From Bugula neritina (taxonomy: Eukaryota; Animalia; Bryozoa), in the NCBI GenBank assembly GCA_964035545.1, contig OZ037769.1:17080633-17144632 (forward strand): a stretch of DNA of 64,000 bases, read 5' to 3'. The translations under genes were made by a program, and so were the position numbers. Shown here piece by piece: positions 61,450 through 64,000 of the stretch; within the stretch, counting starts at the first letter, position 1; every line of letters begins with the position of its first letter. Below the pieces are notes generated by a model. The model was not told the origin of the DNA, ran no database searches, and saw nothing but the letters and a program-made list of their open reading frames with translations.

Positions 61450-62218
61450 AGGATTGCTCTATCTTGTCTAATAAATGGCCATTTAGGTCAAACACATATA
61501 ATATTGTGTTTTTCTAAGCATGCATTGACAAAAAGCATTTGACCAAAGGTAGAAAAAGTTAGTTGAAGTTGAGGGTGTAGATTGGTAACAGCCAAAACGC
61601 CGATTTTGAAATGAGCTGGGAAGTGTGACGTAACAGCGCCAGCATTTCTGCTGGTCACGTGACTATACAAATGAATAACTATAGAAATATGACTGTGAGA
61701 TGTAATTTTTTAGCTTGCAATTTGTATATTTATAGAAGTGCAAATGTGAATTATTTCAATCTATAGTTTTTTGACATTTTAAATAACATGTATGTGAAAA
61801 CATTAGGCTATATTTTGCTTGTAAACATTAGAAAAAAGCCTTGCAAAAGCATGCATTCTTTAGGATGAATGCTTGCGATCGATCTAAACTAGGTCAGATT
61901 GTGCAATATTACGGGCACACCAAAGCTGACCTATATAGCGCACTGTAACTGCTTGAGCGTAATTGGTTGATGTTGTGCCCAGCAACCTTGAATACTAGCG
62001 TTATAGTTAGCACGTGCAGCATAGTTACTGGCGTTCACACGTCACGTATTAGGCTATTCTTTTTCATGGCTGAAAATTTTACCTCCCTCAAAATTGGAAT
62101 TTTGAAAAGCTGTTTTCTAGGCATATATCCCTTTGCAAAGTCACAATTGTTTGCATACACATTAGATTATAGTTTATAATTATAATGTGATTGTAATAAA
62201 CTAAGATAGAGCAATCCT
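61450..62218. mobile_element. Kolobok-like non-autonomous DNA transposon
   Basis: 16-bp perfect TIR AGGATTGCTCTATCTT ... AAGATAGAGCAATCCT flanked on both sides by TTAA (61446-49, 62219-22); RR..YY termini with TTAA TSD; no transposase ORF. Confidence 0.75.
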
Positions 62219-64000
62219 TTAAGTTGGTGGTATCGATTGCAATCTGCCACCATGAGCATAGGCACAACAGGCACAGCTGTATGCTTCAAGAAGTAATACT
62301 AATAGAGTTAGACATTGAATATTTCATCCATGTAATATACTTATAGTTGTTTGAACCAATTCCTTAAACTAAAGCAATGAATATATTTGTTAATTAGTTG
62401 TTCATCTATATTCTTATTGATAATTTTCTTTTTATAAAAATAGTATTGATTTACCAATAAAAAATTAACAGCGTAATTAAATATTATGTGAAAACCTGCT
62501 TTTTTTCACTAACTAGTTTGAAGTTACTTTCTCTATAAAACAGTAGGCGTGTACCCCTTAGCAGCTATTCATTGGTGCAGGAGAAACCTAAACTAGCCAA
62601 TGAAAAGAATATTATAATTCACATCGATTTTTCTGAGCAGCTGCCTGTGCGCAGATAAACTATACATTTTATCAAGAAATTTGTGACCAAAACGTTACTA
62701 TAGCGCATTTTTAACACTTTTATATTGAGAACTAGGGCTACTAATTTTTTGAAAATGAATAAAAGATGCGGGTTTACAAAACATACAAAACTCAAGCTAA
62801 ACTTATTCATCATTACGATTAATGAAACTTATAGCCCGTGATCTAAATTTATTGAGAACTGGTGTCTTACCTTTATTATAAAACTTCGTTATAAATCTAT
62901 TTTATTGATTATTGTTAAAATATGGAACAAGTGTTTGCAGGTTGAGTCGTTATACCAGTATTTGAAAAGCTCGTACTAGAACATTAACTATAGCTGCCAA
63001 TAAGTTATTGAATAACTGCTTTGAAAGCAAATTCACATTTTAGGCTTTATTAACACTTGCAGTAAGTATGATTTGTTAAAAGCAAATGGAGCTAACCTAG
63101 TAGTAGTACTAGTTAGACTAATAAAGTTAAGCAGAGTCAGAGGTAGGCTTTTACTTTTAGTTTTAGTTTTACTTTTTTAGTTTTAGTTTTACGTATGCCG
63201 TTTGAAGTTTTTATTTTCATTTTACTGTTACCTTTTCACTTCTGGTTGTTACTCTCAAAGTCAATGTCACTTTGATAGTGACTCTCTAAACAGGGGCTGT
63301 TGGTCCTTGTGAGGAATTTTAATTTTGAGTGAGTGGCTTTAAACTGACTGACCTCTCTTTCATTTTCACTTCTGTTCTTACTCATGTTGAACTTGAGCGT
63401 GAAGTAGTGAACTGTTGAAGTGATGCTGTAAATTACATTTATTAACAGGAACTGAGTTTGATAACGTTGAATCTTAACGTACTCGTACTCGTACTCATAC
63501 TGATAGTGATACATATATTAATATTGGAGTTTATGAAGTGATTATAATTGCTATATCAATAACATCATGATTTTCATTATGAATAACCATACTCATAATG
63601 TTTAATGGTATTCATAATGATAATGGTTACATTTATAATTTATGTTTAATGATTTATAAATAGTTGTAATAATGATAATAAATATTGATGTAAATCATTA
63701 TGATTAAGGTGTCATTCCAGTTAGACGCTAGGCTAAATTTCCCACTTCTGCTCTTTCCACTTGAACTCTTCTTAGCTAAAAGCTATTTTTTTTATTTTGG
63801 TACAATATATATTCTATGTGCAAGTTATTTGAATATTATTGAAATATAAGTATATTTAAATAAACTGGGATCAATTGCTCATTATTTAGCACATATAAAT
63901 AAATTCCTTTGATCTGCATTAACCTATTAATTTTGCATTTTATATACTTCTTGTTGTTTAAAAAGATATTTTGATAATAAGCATTCATTAAAGATAGTAT

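Overview
AT-rich, intron-containing animal (invertebrate-like) genomic DNA; the species cannot be determined from sequence alone. Left to right: (1) a KDM2/FBXL10-11-type JmjC+CXXC histone demethylase gene on the minus strand that runs off the left edge; (2) a head-to-head class-B DnaJ (Hsp40) gene with a perfect heat-shock element in the shared promoter; (3) a kynurenine/glutamine-transaminase-K type PLP aminotransferase; (4) from ~17 to ~61 kb, a cluster of seven apparently intact CD20/MS4A-like four-TM genes plus one pseudogene, mostly missed by the ORF track because exons are short. All exon models are my manual GT-AG reconstructions. The cluster has a conserved class (B, E, F: GYGIW motif, Cys cluster, PPxY tail) and a divergent tail-less class (A, C, D, D'). 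A tandem duplication (26247-40693 vs 40689-48933) produced D/D', whose transmembrane exons differ much more than their introns, suggesting diversifying selection. Gene C contains a young 2.66-kb LTR element encoding only Gag+protease, and the duplicate copy preserves the empty site. Many introns carry minisatellites whose units contain the splice site itself. Most short ORFs in the track are microsatellite or antisense artefacts.
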